Shown here: positions 26,101 to 37,400 of the stretch, one piece after another
Layout: the number at the start of each line of letters is the position of its first letter
How positions within the stretch are numbered: position 1 is the stretch's first letter
NCBI RefSeq assembly: GCF_032062105.1
Contig: NW_026927173.1
Coordinates: forward strand, 124,001 to 188,000
Direction: 5' to 3'
Origin: Saccostrea cucullata
Lineage: Eukaryota
DNA: 64,000 nucleotides
Program-made: the position numbers and the translations under genes
Notes under the pieces: model-generated
The model's database searches: none
Seen by the model: the letters and a program-made list of their open reading frames with translations, nothing else
Told to the model about the DNA's origin: nothing

Positions 26101-27990
26101 TTTTAGCTCACCTGAGCTGAAAGCGCGAAAATATAGTGATCTACAGTAAGTTGAGAAAGGAAATCTCTGCTGAATTTAATGCATTTTTTACTCATCATCT
26201 CTATGCAGAGAAAAATGAAAGAAATCCCATTTTTAGGTCACCTGAGTAAACCTATTGCTATCTCAAATGAAGGGCGTTTCCCTCTACATCAAGTCGTAAA
26301 CTTTTGAACATTTTTAGCTTCTTCACTGGGCCAGGAAAGTTTCAACCAAATTTGGTATAAAGCATCTATGGATGAAGAAACAAAAGTTTGTGAATTTCAT
26401 GACCCCTGGGGCTGGGGCGGGGCCAGGGGTGGGGCCAAAATTTTACATAGAAATATATGAAAAATTCTTTAAAAATCTTCTTCTTTCAAGAATAACAAAG
26501 CCATGAATTGATCATGATTGTATATGGAAGCATTGAGTAGTGTATTAAAATTGTACAAATCATGGCCCGGGGGGGTCAGGGGCACAATAGTGCTAGGGCA
26601 GGCTAAAATTTTATATAGTGAAAATGCAAAATTCTTTGAAAATCTTCTTCTCTGCTCCTGGGCATTGAATAAACTTAACTGAATACATAGTTATGATGAG
26701 CAAGAGTGCCTCTTCCAAAATTGTGAAATTTATGGCCCCAGGTAGGGCAGTGGCCACAATGTTGGCTGGCTCAAAGTTTTAGTGAAATATACAAAATTCT
26801 TTCAAAATCTTCTTCTCAGAATAACAAAGGTTTTAAATAAACTAATTTAGTATATAGTTATAATGCCTCAACCAAATTTTTGATTTTCATGGCCTCTGTG
26901 TCAGGGGATTTGCCATTTTGTTTATAGGGGGGTTGGCTCTTTTGATTATATAGAGAAAATACATTAATTCTCTGAAAATTGTTTCCTTTGCACCTGGGTA
27001 TTATGCAATGCCATGTATATATAGTTATATGAAGCAAGTCAGTGTCTCTTCCAATTTTGATTAATTTCATGCCCCCTCAGGGGTATGTGTGGGGGGGGGT
27101 TACAAAGTTTTACATAAATTATATATGTTTTGAAAATTCTTGGTAAAAATCTTCGTTTATGAGAATAAAAAGCCATAAAATTCCATGGTCAGTGGTTCTT
27201 TTGGGGTGGGTTGCACAACTGGTTTTAAAGTGGAAGTGCATTTTCTCTTTGTTATTCTGATCTACCTCTGGGTATTAAGTAAATAGAGTAAGCATGCTTA
27301 GTTTATAATTATGATAAGCAATGGTGCCTCTTTTAAAATTGTGAATTTCATGGCTTTTGGTTTAAAACACGAACCAAATTCAATTGTTGGAAAGTTGTTA
27401 CATGATACCCAGGTGACCTATAAGGTCCGTGGGCCTCTTGTATAATTTATAGAGCCCGACCCAGGGGACCATAAAATCCACAAGTTTCAAAGAGGTGCCC
27501 TTGCTCGTAACTGTCCACATAGTTTTTTTAACTGGTTAAAGACCTGGCCTAGGGGCCATAAAACTTAGATGAGCTCACTTTTGATCTTAGTCCAGTTTTT
27601 GCTAAGGAATATACAAACTTGCCAAAAGCATCCTTGGATCAAAAGGGATTCAAAGTTTTATGGCCCCCAGGCCTGGATCCAAGATCATGAACAGGGAATT
27701 AATGAAAATTTGGTGGCATGGTATAAAAATCTTCTTCTCAAGAACCTTACTTACACTATAGGAAATGTTAATGAAAGCCTTATAGGGAAGCATCCTCACT
27801 TTAGAAATTTGTTCGAAAATGTAGTATAAGAATTGGCCTACTAAAAGTAGTTGACATAGAAATATATAGGAAAATTCTTTAAAAATTTTCGACTTTGAAG
27901 AATAGCAAAGCCATAATTTTTTTTTTTTATTTATATGTCAACTTTTTCAGGTAGTGTAAAAAAAAGTTTGTTCTCATGACCCCCCCCCAC
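26101..27990 (+). mobile_element. Mosaic of HINE-type elements with Cg170-related satellite units
   Basis: 5' motifs ttttagctcacctgagc (26101) and ttttaggtcacctgag (26232), satellite-like units (aaaatcttcttctc, catgacccc), 3' motif ccaggtgacctataaggtccgtgggcctcttgt (~27409-27441), and more fragments to about 27990. Confidence 0.65.
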
Positions 27991-28146
27991 TTTCAAACAC
28001 GATGCTACGCCACTGATGAAACAGACTTAGACTTTAGTCAAATTTTTAATTGCATATTGTAGCGGACAGTATATAGGAAACTTATACTGCCTCGCCAGTG
28101 AGCTAGCTTTTCTGGTGATGCGGTAGAGTCTTTCTCTATTTCAGGC

Positions 28147-28192
28147 AAGTTAAGCAACGGCGAGCCTGTTTAACCCTTGGATGGGTGACCGC
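28147..28192 (+). repeat. 5S rRNA-derived fragment (internal control region), probably the head of a 5S-related SINE-like repeat or a pseudogene
   Basis: aagttaagcaacggcgagcctgtttaacccttggatgggtgaccgc resembles the 5S box A to box C segment (aagctaagcagggtcgggcctggttagtacttggatgggagaccgc). The flanks are not 5S-like. Confidence 0.6.
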
Positions 28193-28339
28193 TTCACGTT
28201 ACAATGTAAAATGTTTATTAATTATTGAATAATTCTCTAATTTTGCAGATAACAACAATTTTATAAAGCTATATTAAAAAATATTTTCATTTTTGCCTAC
28301 TTGACTAAATCAAAATTCCAGAACAACATGAATATTTTG

Positions 28340-28700
28340 ACTTAAGCTTAGGATGTTTCATGATCCTGGGACCAGAAGAGCTTATATGATAGTAAGATGA
28401 GCATCCGTCTGTCTGTCTGTCTGTAAACAATTTTTTTCAAAACAATACTCCTCCTACAGTTTTGGTCTGATTTCAATAGAACTTGTCACACAAGTAGACT
28501 ACACTAAGATACATAATATAGTGCATCGGTTTTTGATTTCAATGAATGGTGTTGCCATGGTTACTAAAAATAGAAATTTCTGTGAAATTCCTTTAAAGAG
28601 CAACTCCTTTTACATTTTCTGTCTGACTTCAATATAATGCAAAAAAGTAGACAACACTAAGACACATAATTCTATTTATTGCTGCCTGTTGCAAAGTTTC
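28340..28700 (+). mobile_element. Degenerate HINE/DINE-like element with a (GTCT)n microsatellite
   Basis: catccgtctgtctgtctgtctgtaaac at about 28402-28428, followed by two related ~160-bp units (caa.actcct...taca.ttt..gtctga.ttcaata). Confidence 0.45.
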
Positions 28701-29189
28701 AAATCCAAGTACTACTTTTCCTTTGTTTAATATAAGTACAGACCAGTAGAGCTATAGTCTAACCAGATACTTCTGGTTTGTCTTATACCCCAGGGGGAGC
28801 AGAGATTTTTAAAGCAATGATGTACTCTCGCTACTTGATCTATTGAGCCTTAACCCCTAACTGAAGGACCAATTACGAAGGGCTCCGAATTTCATAATTT
28901 TGTTAGAGGGCTTATTACAACTATGCGAACAGTTTGACTGCTTGATGTCCAAGACTATAGAAGAAGATTTTTTAAAAGATATCATTTACCCCGCCCGGGG
29001 GGGGGGGGGGGCCATAAAAAATCACAATTTTACTTATCGATTGATGGATCGTTATTAACAATAATTGAACTTGTATTAAAGCAATGTCATTAAATTTTGT
29101 ATAAAGAGAAGGCTACCTAAGTTGTTGAAATTGTGCATCTTGACTTTTTTAAATGTTTGTTTAATTCGGTTTGCGAATTAAGAACCTGC

Positions 29190-29520
29190 AATGAAGTATA
29201 TGAAGATAACGAACAGTATTCAAGCTCAAAAGACCATTAAACATTACAAAGCAGGACTGAAGCAGAGCAAACAGGGACCTTCAAAACATCAGAGGTGGGA
29301 TCAGGTGCCATGGAGGAGTGAGTATCCCCTGCCGACTGGTCACACCCGCCGTGTGCTCCTTGTCATGATCGGGAAATAACGGGAAAATCCGTCGACAATT
29401 CAGTGTGTAAATAATGTAATAACAATAATTATGAAAACGTCAGTCAGCATTTGACATATACCGATGGATCTTATTTGCTGACAACGTCATTAATATTGTA
29501 CTGACCATATGTTCAAATGT
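29190..29520 (-). mobile_element. 3'-terminal fragment of a Penelope-like retroelement (same family as 60876-62975)
   Basis: Clearly similar to 60876-61170 and 62380-62640, including aatgaagtatatgaagataacgaacagtattcaagctcaaaa and gaggtgggatcaggtgccatggaggagtgag. Confidence 0.75.
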
Positions 29521-30282
29521 TAACACACGAAGAACGACCAACGGCAACGGACAAAAATCAGTAAGAATTTAAATAGGTCGATAGTTCAGGTGGCCTAAAA
29601 AGATTTAAAAGTTGTATAGAGCTGATTGAATAAAAAAAATCTGTACAAGTTGTATCATTTAAATAACGAAAACCTGTGAGAGTAATGATTGCTGAAAGGG
29701 GTGGGGTATAGGAGGTTAATCTCTCGTAATAACCATTATGTTATTTCGAAACGGAGGATTTTAAATATCTAAACGTGCAAATTTTATATCTATAGTGAAA
29801 ATTGAACTTAAAGCATATTTTTCTGGGACAACTGTTGCACCACTAATTAAGGTGTTCCTCTCTGAAAAGGACGCAATTCTCTTTCCCTAAATAGGGACAC
29901 TGATAATATCCCGGTAATTAAGAGCATTTTGTAGTAGACCGAGATTTACTATAACAGAAATTTTCAAAAACGTAATTAGCCGAGCAGTATTTAATCAACT
30001 AAGTTTGTACAAGTACCGAGGTCAATGGGGACAGGCATATTTTTAAAATTAAAATTCCAAGAAAAACCAATATTTAAAAATGCTGCGATTGAAAGAAATA
30101 GATTATCACAAGGAATTTATATCATACAGGTTTATGGTACTAGTAGATTTTCTAATAATTTTAAAAAGGGAGACATATTTGCAGGGACATGTTAAAGATA
30201 TTCTGCAAAAAAACCAGATACATATTTATTGGTAGCTGCAGCTGTGGATACTCATATTTTTACTGAAAATTGTGAAGTTATT

Positions 30283-30731
30283 AAGCAGAGAGCACACAGA
30301 TCCGATAAACGTATTGTCAAAGCCTTCGATTTACGCCGACGCTTTTTTGTCGCTCATTTCGGGTATTTTTCTTGTATTTTATTCTTTCCCCAGCTTTAAA
30401 AGTGGTATTTAATAATTAATCAAACATTCAACTTCAAATTCTGACAATTCACTTACCTTTCAATGCTAACAAATGGCTGTTTGTGATTACGGACGTCGAA
30501 ATGGACCTCTTTTAAACCAACATTACAAAACTATATACAGGACTGTTTTGGACCATTAAAAGGTAAATAAAGTATCCAAAATAAGAGTTTAATATATTAC
30601 TAATTATAAGATACCATTCTAAATGCCAGAGAACGCTTAAACTACAAGAAATAAATACTTAAAATAGCGACAAAAAATCGTCGGCGTAAATCGAAGGTTT
30701 TTACAACGCATGGATCTGTAGCTCTCTGCTT
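30283..30731. mobile_element. MITE with ~55-bp terminal inverted repeats
   Basis: aagcagagagc..cagatcc..ccttcgatttacgccgacg (30283-30341) versus cgtcggcgtaaatcgaagg..ggatctgtagctctctgctt (30679-30731). Confidence 0.75.
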
Positions 30732-30784
30732 TATCTGTCCGAATTTTCTCAAGCAGAGAGTTACAGTTCTGCAGCTAATTTATT

Positions 30785-30909
30785 GGTAGTTCTTTTTCAC
30801 GTGCTCGACTTTTTTAATACTAATTACATACACTATAATTATTTTTGGTAGTTCTTTTTCACGTGCTCGACTTTTTTAATACTAATTACATACACTATTA
30901 ATTATTTTT
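30785..30909 (+). repeat. ~62-bp near-perfect tandem duplication
   Basis: ggtagttctttttcacgtgctcgacttttttaatactaattacatacactat occurs twice in tandem. Confidence 0.9.
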
Positions 30910-31122
30910 GATTGGCTAGCACTGATGCATCATCTTTTGATTATGATGTCACAATGGATATACCGGTATATATACTGGTGACGTCATAATGATTGTGACG
31001 TAACCATGACTGGAACAACATTTGTGAAAAGTGAAAAGGCTCTCTTTATGTAACATACTAGTAAATGATATGAACTACAGTATAAATATAAGTAAATCAT
31101 GGCTAAATCAGTAAATAATTAA

Positions 31123-32175
31123 TCAGTAATTACTGGGTAAACATTTAAACAAATTAACAATATCAGAACGGAATTTCATGTCAAAATAACCATAAATAAT
31201 CGGGTTAACCACGTGATTGATGACGTAAAATCTCTGCAAGGTGAAAAAGATGATCGTCTCTGCGTTAGAAATATTGTACCACATTTCTGGCGAAAGTTTG
31301 CTTATGATCAGAAAAATGCATGTTGGTGTGTAGGAAATCAGATAAAACACAATAATGGTGAAAAACATCACATTAAAATTAATTTTGCTTTCTTTGTGAA
31401 TCTTCGGTTTCGACGAAATTTCTTTGGTGCTGCACTGGCTTGGTTTATTATCTGAGATTGAATCGAACTGCGTTGATGTGATTTCCATACTTTTTCTACG
31501 TCGAGCCGCTCGTAGTTTGTTGTGACGATAGATGACGACTCCGATGGGAATGTAGAGGAAACCCACGGTAAGGATGTTTACCACCATCAGAAGAAAGATG
31601 ATGTAGTAGTAAATTGCTTCATACGTAGGATAGTTCCCTGCTCCCGTGAAACAAGTTAATCCAGTAACGTTATGTCCATTAAAGATTCCCTCCACTTCTT
31701 TGTTTCCAGAAAACAACAAAACTGGACACGAGTACAAGATAGAGAAAACTACAATACATGCCAAACAAAGCTTTCTCTTGTTCTCGTCCATTTGTTTCCC
31801 CAGAGGCTTGCAGATCTTCAAATACCTCTGGACAGCTATTCCGATAAGTAGCAGAGCCGACAGTCCCGAGGTAGCTGTCATGGTGTACAACAAACCTTTG
31901 CAAAGTCCGGACGACGGAAAGTCTACAAAGTAGATGGATTCGAGAACGTAAAACACCGAGGCGACAGTACTTGCGATTAGATCGAACACTGCCAAGATGG
32001 GTATGAAGTAGCGATCATCGCGGTTCCCTTTCATTCGAAAAGCGTACACAAGTAGCACCAGTATGTTCCCCACCAGACCAATAAAGCAGACGACACCTTG
32101 AAATACAATGGTGGGCAGAAGTTTCTCCGCATAGTCCTGGTTCCATTGCAGAGTGAGATTGTGTACTTTATCCAT
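31123..32175 (-). CDS. Intronless rhodopsin-family (class A) GPCR, ~350 aa, peptide-receptor-like orphan
   Basis: Seven hydrophobic segments with GN (TM1), LAVFD (TM2), Cys at the top of TM3, QRY in place of DRY, SYTP (TM6) and NPIIY (TM7). The ATG at 32175 sits in a ccaccATGg context, with a splice acceptor about 30 nt upstream. Confidence 0.92.
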   Translation of the reverse strand: MDKVHNLTLQWNQDYAEKLLPTIVFQGVVCFIGLVGNILVLLVYAFRMKGNRDDRYFIPILAVFDLIASTVASVFYVLESIYFVDFPSSGLCKGLLYTMTATSGLSALLLIGIAVQRYLKICKPLGKQMDENKRKLCLACIVVFSILYSCPVLLFSGNKEVEGIFNGHNVTGLTCFTGAGNYPTYEAIYYYIIFLLMVVNILTVGFLYIPIGVVIYRHNKLRAARRRKSMEITSTQFDSISDNKPSQCSTKEISSKPKIHKESKINFNVMFFTIIVFYLISYTPTCIFLIISKLSPEMWYNISNAETIIFFTLQRFYVINHVVNPIIYGYFDMKFRSDIVNLFKCLPSNY

Positions 32176-34455
32176 GGTGGTCACATACCCCCTTTCCCCG
32201 TAATCTGAAGTAAAAACTGTGTTAGACTAAATTTCCAAAAATAAATTGACAAGGACCAAAAATCTTAGGTTTTGTTGATATTTCCATGTATTTTTCACAA
32301 TTCTATAACATTTCTAGCGCCTCCATCAGCGTTTTAAAATCACAGCTGTTTCTAGCACAAACTACATGAAGAAGATGGTTATCCTCTATAGTGACAATTT
32401 GTTTTTCATTTAATAGTTTCAATTCAAGTATTATGTATTGACCACGGGGCGTTAAGCTTGAAAGATTTTACTGTTTGAATGGTATGCCAGTAGGTAGCCA
32501 AGATTAGGGGGTATTAAAAGCATTTAACGACAGGCAGTAGAAACCTTATACATTCAAAGCTAACATCGCCTCCCACTTGCAGATTTAACGAAAATTCTAT
32601 TTCTGTGGTTTTGTAGACTACATGTTTAGATAAATACTTTATAAAAGAGTAACAGGTTGTGATCGTGGGAATAAGCCTATATAATATTGGTCCTCTATTT
32701 AAAGAATTAACTAAATGTACCACTTGAAACTAAATGATGCATGAAAAATATGTACACGTTATAATACTGGTAAACTGACCTGCGTTAAGTGTATCCTGAG
32801 ATATAACATATGCATCATCTTTGATACATCTATATTAATTTTATTACTAGTATTATGACAAGTCTAAATGATTTTAGTAATAGGACGCATTATTTAAGTC
32901 ACGATTATACGACTTTCCGGTTATGTAGCTGAAGGACATGAACCTGTTTCATGACGGTTCATCGGGTAGAAAAGAAGCAAAAAAAAAGTAGCAGCATGCA
33001 ATAAAATTCAATGAAAGACTTGAAATATATAAGGGCTCTTCTTCATATTTGACACACCTGTACATATAGACAGTATAACGATCTACCTGGTTTCAAAAAA
33101 GGTCTTGTTCTGTGGTTTTATGGGAACCCTGTAATAATGTCAACAACCTCGGTGACAATTTACATTTTATGCCTTTAAAATTTAAACTGTTAAAGACTAA
33201 GTTAGAACGCATTAGGTGCTTTAATACACTGAGACAGAATACTAGAGACATATACCAATTACATGGTATTTTCATACATATGTATTTGGGAAAATAGGTA
33301 ACTGCGACCGTTTGAAATGAAGTGATGGTAATATTAGGGCAAGGCCTAAAAGCTTTCTATAAACATTACACACTATACGCTCAGGCAGTATGTTTTCTCT
33401 ATGGTAAGGTGGTAATGTAGTTTTGGTCTGCCTGTTTGTCTGTTAATCTGTTTGTATGCAAGAACTTTAACCTTGCTTAGTATTTGAATGGTTGCTTCCA
33501 GGGCTTTTATATGTTACCTTTTTATTCCTAGTGACAAGACCTATCTTTGTCATTTATCTTTCTTTTCCAGAAAAAGCTAACTCGGCCATGTATAAAACAA
33601 TGTAGCCAGAAAGTTAAGTCAACAATGTAAGCAGTGTCCAGTTCTCAATATGTCTCCTTCCTATACTTTATGTAATGTTTTCAATTAATGCATTCTCTCA
33701 ATGCCTTCTGAGAACTACATTTATTAACAAATATGGACCCCCCATTTTCTAGAATTCCTGTATTAAGATTGAATGATCAGAGAATGTGCACAATGCTATA
33801 GAGATGATTCAAAATCTGATGCTTGTAAGTACAAGTTTTTTTCCATTTTGGACATTTGCTAGCACATTTCAGGTAACCTTTTATCTTTGTAGCAATGAGA
33901 ATATTTCATCTGATATTTTTTTTTATTATTCAATTCATTAGTTATAGACACATCTCAGCAATAACATACACATATCACAGATTTTTTATTATAAAGTACA
34001 AACTTCTTCAAAGTGTCAATATTTTCATATCATTGTGAATGTCTTTAAACGCTGTGAAAAAAAGTTAACAAAATATTTTTGCATCTACATTCAATATAGC
34101 CTTTGAACAAATTTTCTAGCTGACATAAAAATATTCTTTTATGACAACATATACATTAAAGAAATTATATGAAGTGAAACAAGTTTTGGTAATATGTAGG
34201 CACCAAATCATATCACAAAAATAAAGATTTTTAAATGACCAGCAGTGTTTATAAACAAAACCAGCAGTTTCAATGTGTTCCAAAATATCTCAAAACTTTG
34301 GCAGTATACTAAATTCTTTACAGCAGTATTAGAACATTAAGACATTGATAAAAAAAGAAATATCAAAATCCTTCTCATCAATAATACGTAGTATTTAAAA
34401 TAAATGCCATTAAGTACAAAAATAAATACATTGTATCTGCTACAGAACAGTATAG

Positions 34456-37400
34456 TTATTTCCCTTTCTTGGATTTACTGGATTTAGAGCTAGCTTTAGA
34501 GGCTTGCGACTCAGGTCTCTTCTTTTCTTCCTTCTTTTCTGGAGATTTATCCTTGGCAGCGGGATCCTCCCTGGGGGTTGTGGGCGTGGCTGAGGTCTTG
34601 TTTGGGGTCTTGTCACCAGCTGTAGACTCCTCCTCCTGCTTTTCTAGCTTGGCCAATCGTTTTTCTAGTTCCCGGATTCTCTCGTTAGCCTCGGCCAGAT
34701 CGGACTCCGCCTCTGCAGCTCGGTCTTCTGCGGCCTGAGCTCTCTGCTCAGTGGCCCTAAACAGTCAAGGACAGAAAACATTACTTTAGAGTCAGGTAAA
34801 GATCTAGTAAATGATATAATCCACAGGTGTCATGAAGTATGGGCAGTATTGTCAATATGGCAATGTTTCTTTTAAACAGAGTCTTTATTATTAAGCTGTT
34901 GTGTACTTACATGAGCTGTCCTTGTAGACTTTCTACAGCCTCCAAAGCCTCGTAAGATTTCTGTGTGTTGGGGGCATCAGGTATAAATGTGGCAGGAGCT
35001 GAGGGCTGTCAGAAACAAGAATATTATTTTATTTTCAAAAAAGGCAATTAAAAATGGGAAAAAAAATATTTAGAGAGAAAGAGAATTTTTACCTTAGAGT
35101 CAGATGTCTTAAGAGTTTTGGTGTGTGTGTTCTCATCATAACCAATCACTTCCAGTTTCTCTTTACTGGACTCTTTGTCTTGCTGTAGTAAAAACCATTA
35201 TCAAGATTAAAATTGAGGAAGATTAAATGCATCTTTAATGCTTTAGATTTGACCTGGACCTTAATACTAACCTTGGGAGGTACTGGGGCTGTTTTCTTCT
35301 GCTCCTCTCCCTCCCCTGCATCTCTCTCTGGTGGAACCCCATCCTCTGGTTTTTTATCTGATTCAGCTGGCTGTGTGGGTGGAGCCTCGGTTTTCTATAA
35401 ATGAAAACACTAGATGAATATATCATGCTGCTTACATAATGTATTTAATTATTAGATGTAAATTTTACAGTGAGTACATTTTATACATGCTAGTTGTTCA
35501 ATAAATGTTCAAAAAAAGTCTGTATATATGGTCATTGTCCAACTAATTGAAAATAAAGCACTAAAAAATTAATACACACAAAATACAATTAGATTTTCAT
35601 TCTATAAGAAAAGTCCTTACAGCCTCTGGTGCTGAGGGTTGTAGTTTCTCTTTGTCATGGAAAGCCACGGCAGGTTTCTCTGGGGCGGACTTCTTAGCTG
35701 GCTCCTCCCCGGGGGTAGTCGAGGGGAACAGGGACTCGACTGGTTCCTCTAACAGGTGACTGGTTAATAACTTAGCTGTGTGGATCCAATCCATGCATTC
35801 CGTCTGTAAAGGTCAAAGGTCAGTACACAAAGGTCAAGGTAGAGCAGAGAGATACAAGCTATTCTGGACAGACTAAAATATTCAAACCTTCTTTAATATT
35901 TTCATTTTTGTTTTCACAGAAGCAATCTTGTGTAAATACACAAAAATAAAGTTCTCACAGATAAAAAGTGATTTGCAGTAGCAAGAAAAATTTTAACCAT
36001 GCAGATTTTAATTTGTAAAAGTCTTAGCCAAAAGTTGCCTTTTTTTCATTGAAGAAAATAGAGGTATTTCAGAGTCAATGGATTCTTCAGCTAATGGTGT
36101 ACATTTAATCAAGTCTGTAAATGTAGTTTAAGCCTAACCCCGAGTCTGAAACTGTCATTATATTTGAGGACCTACCCTGAGTCTCTGTAAATCCTTGAGT
36201 TCATGTTCAGCGTTGTCCTCCATGTTGTCTCGCCTGGCCTGGGTGTTGTCCATCACTACACCACTACAACATCTGTAAACAACAACAACAACAATTAGCT
36301 CATCTGAAAATATACACTGGATGTACATATACATGTTAAAAGAATTAGCAAACATTTCATGATTGATGCACGATTCACAATTTATGGCTATATTTAGTTA
36401 AAATATGGGTTATTATTTATAATCTTTATTTAGCTGTAGTTTAAATTTTGCTATTTTCTAAGCAAATTTACACTTGTCTTTAAAAGAATAAAAAGGGACA
36501 GAAATCAGCAAATACAAGAAGTGAAATCTGCTTCAATCTGTGTATCTTTACCTTGAATTCTGAAATTCATCCTCTATCACTAGAAGACTACTGATGCCAT
36601 ATAAGATTTCACTGCATTTTCTGATTAAGACAGGCAGAAAGAAAGAGAGAGAAAAAGTTAGTATATAAAAGAGAAAGATAGATATAAAAGCAGTCATAGC
36701 AAAGATAGGTTAAGAAAGTTAGGAAATTGTCAGAATAAAGATAGTGAAAGAGGTAAAAGTTAGCAGCAAAAGCTAATACAAACTATTATAGTCCTTACAC
36801 AGAGGCTTAACGATACAATGCATGTACTGTAAATCACTATTTATTCGCGAGAACTTTATTTTCGCGTAATAACGGGAGACGGAATGCTCGCGAAAATTTC
36901 ATTCTCGCGTATAATAGAATTCCTTAAGATTATATAGAGCAATGACCACAATTCATGAAAATGTTGTCTCGCTTATAAAGAGTCAATGACTATCTCGCGA
37001 AAATAAGGTGTCGCGAAAATTAAGTGATCTACAGTAGTAAGCAACTAGGAACTGTAAAGTTAATGTTCATACAAGCTGTAACAACCTGCACTTCAAGCAT
37101 CAGAGTACACTATTATAAACTTACTGAGCTACATAGGTTGAGAACTGCTCCAGTTGTTCAAACAGCATTTTGACGTTGGAGTAGAGCTGCCCCAGGGTCA
37201 GGCTGTTTAGGAGGACCATGTCTGCTGCCTCCTTAGAGTTCCCCTCCTTATCCGGGGCGAGTCGTAGCAGCATCTGGACCATCCATTGAACCATCTGAGA
37301 GTGAAGTGTCGAAACCTACACAAATCACAAAGTATTGTCATTCAAAAATTTTACAGTCACCCGATCAGACTTATACTTTGATTTGTTCTCTTTTTAGAAA

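Noticed and set aside
28147-28192. Functional 5S rRNA gene
   Set aside because: Only about 46 nt resemble 5S; the 5' and 3' stems and a tandem context are absent.
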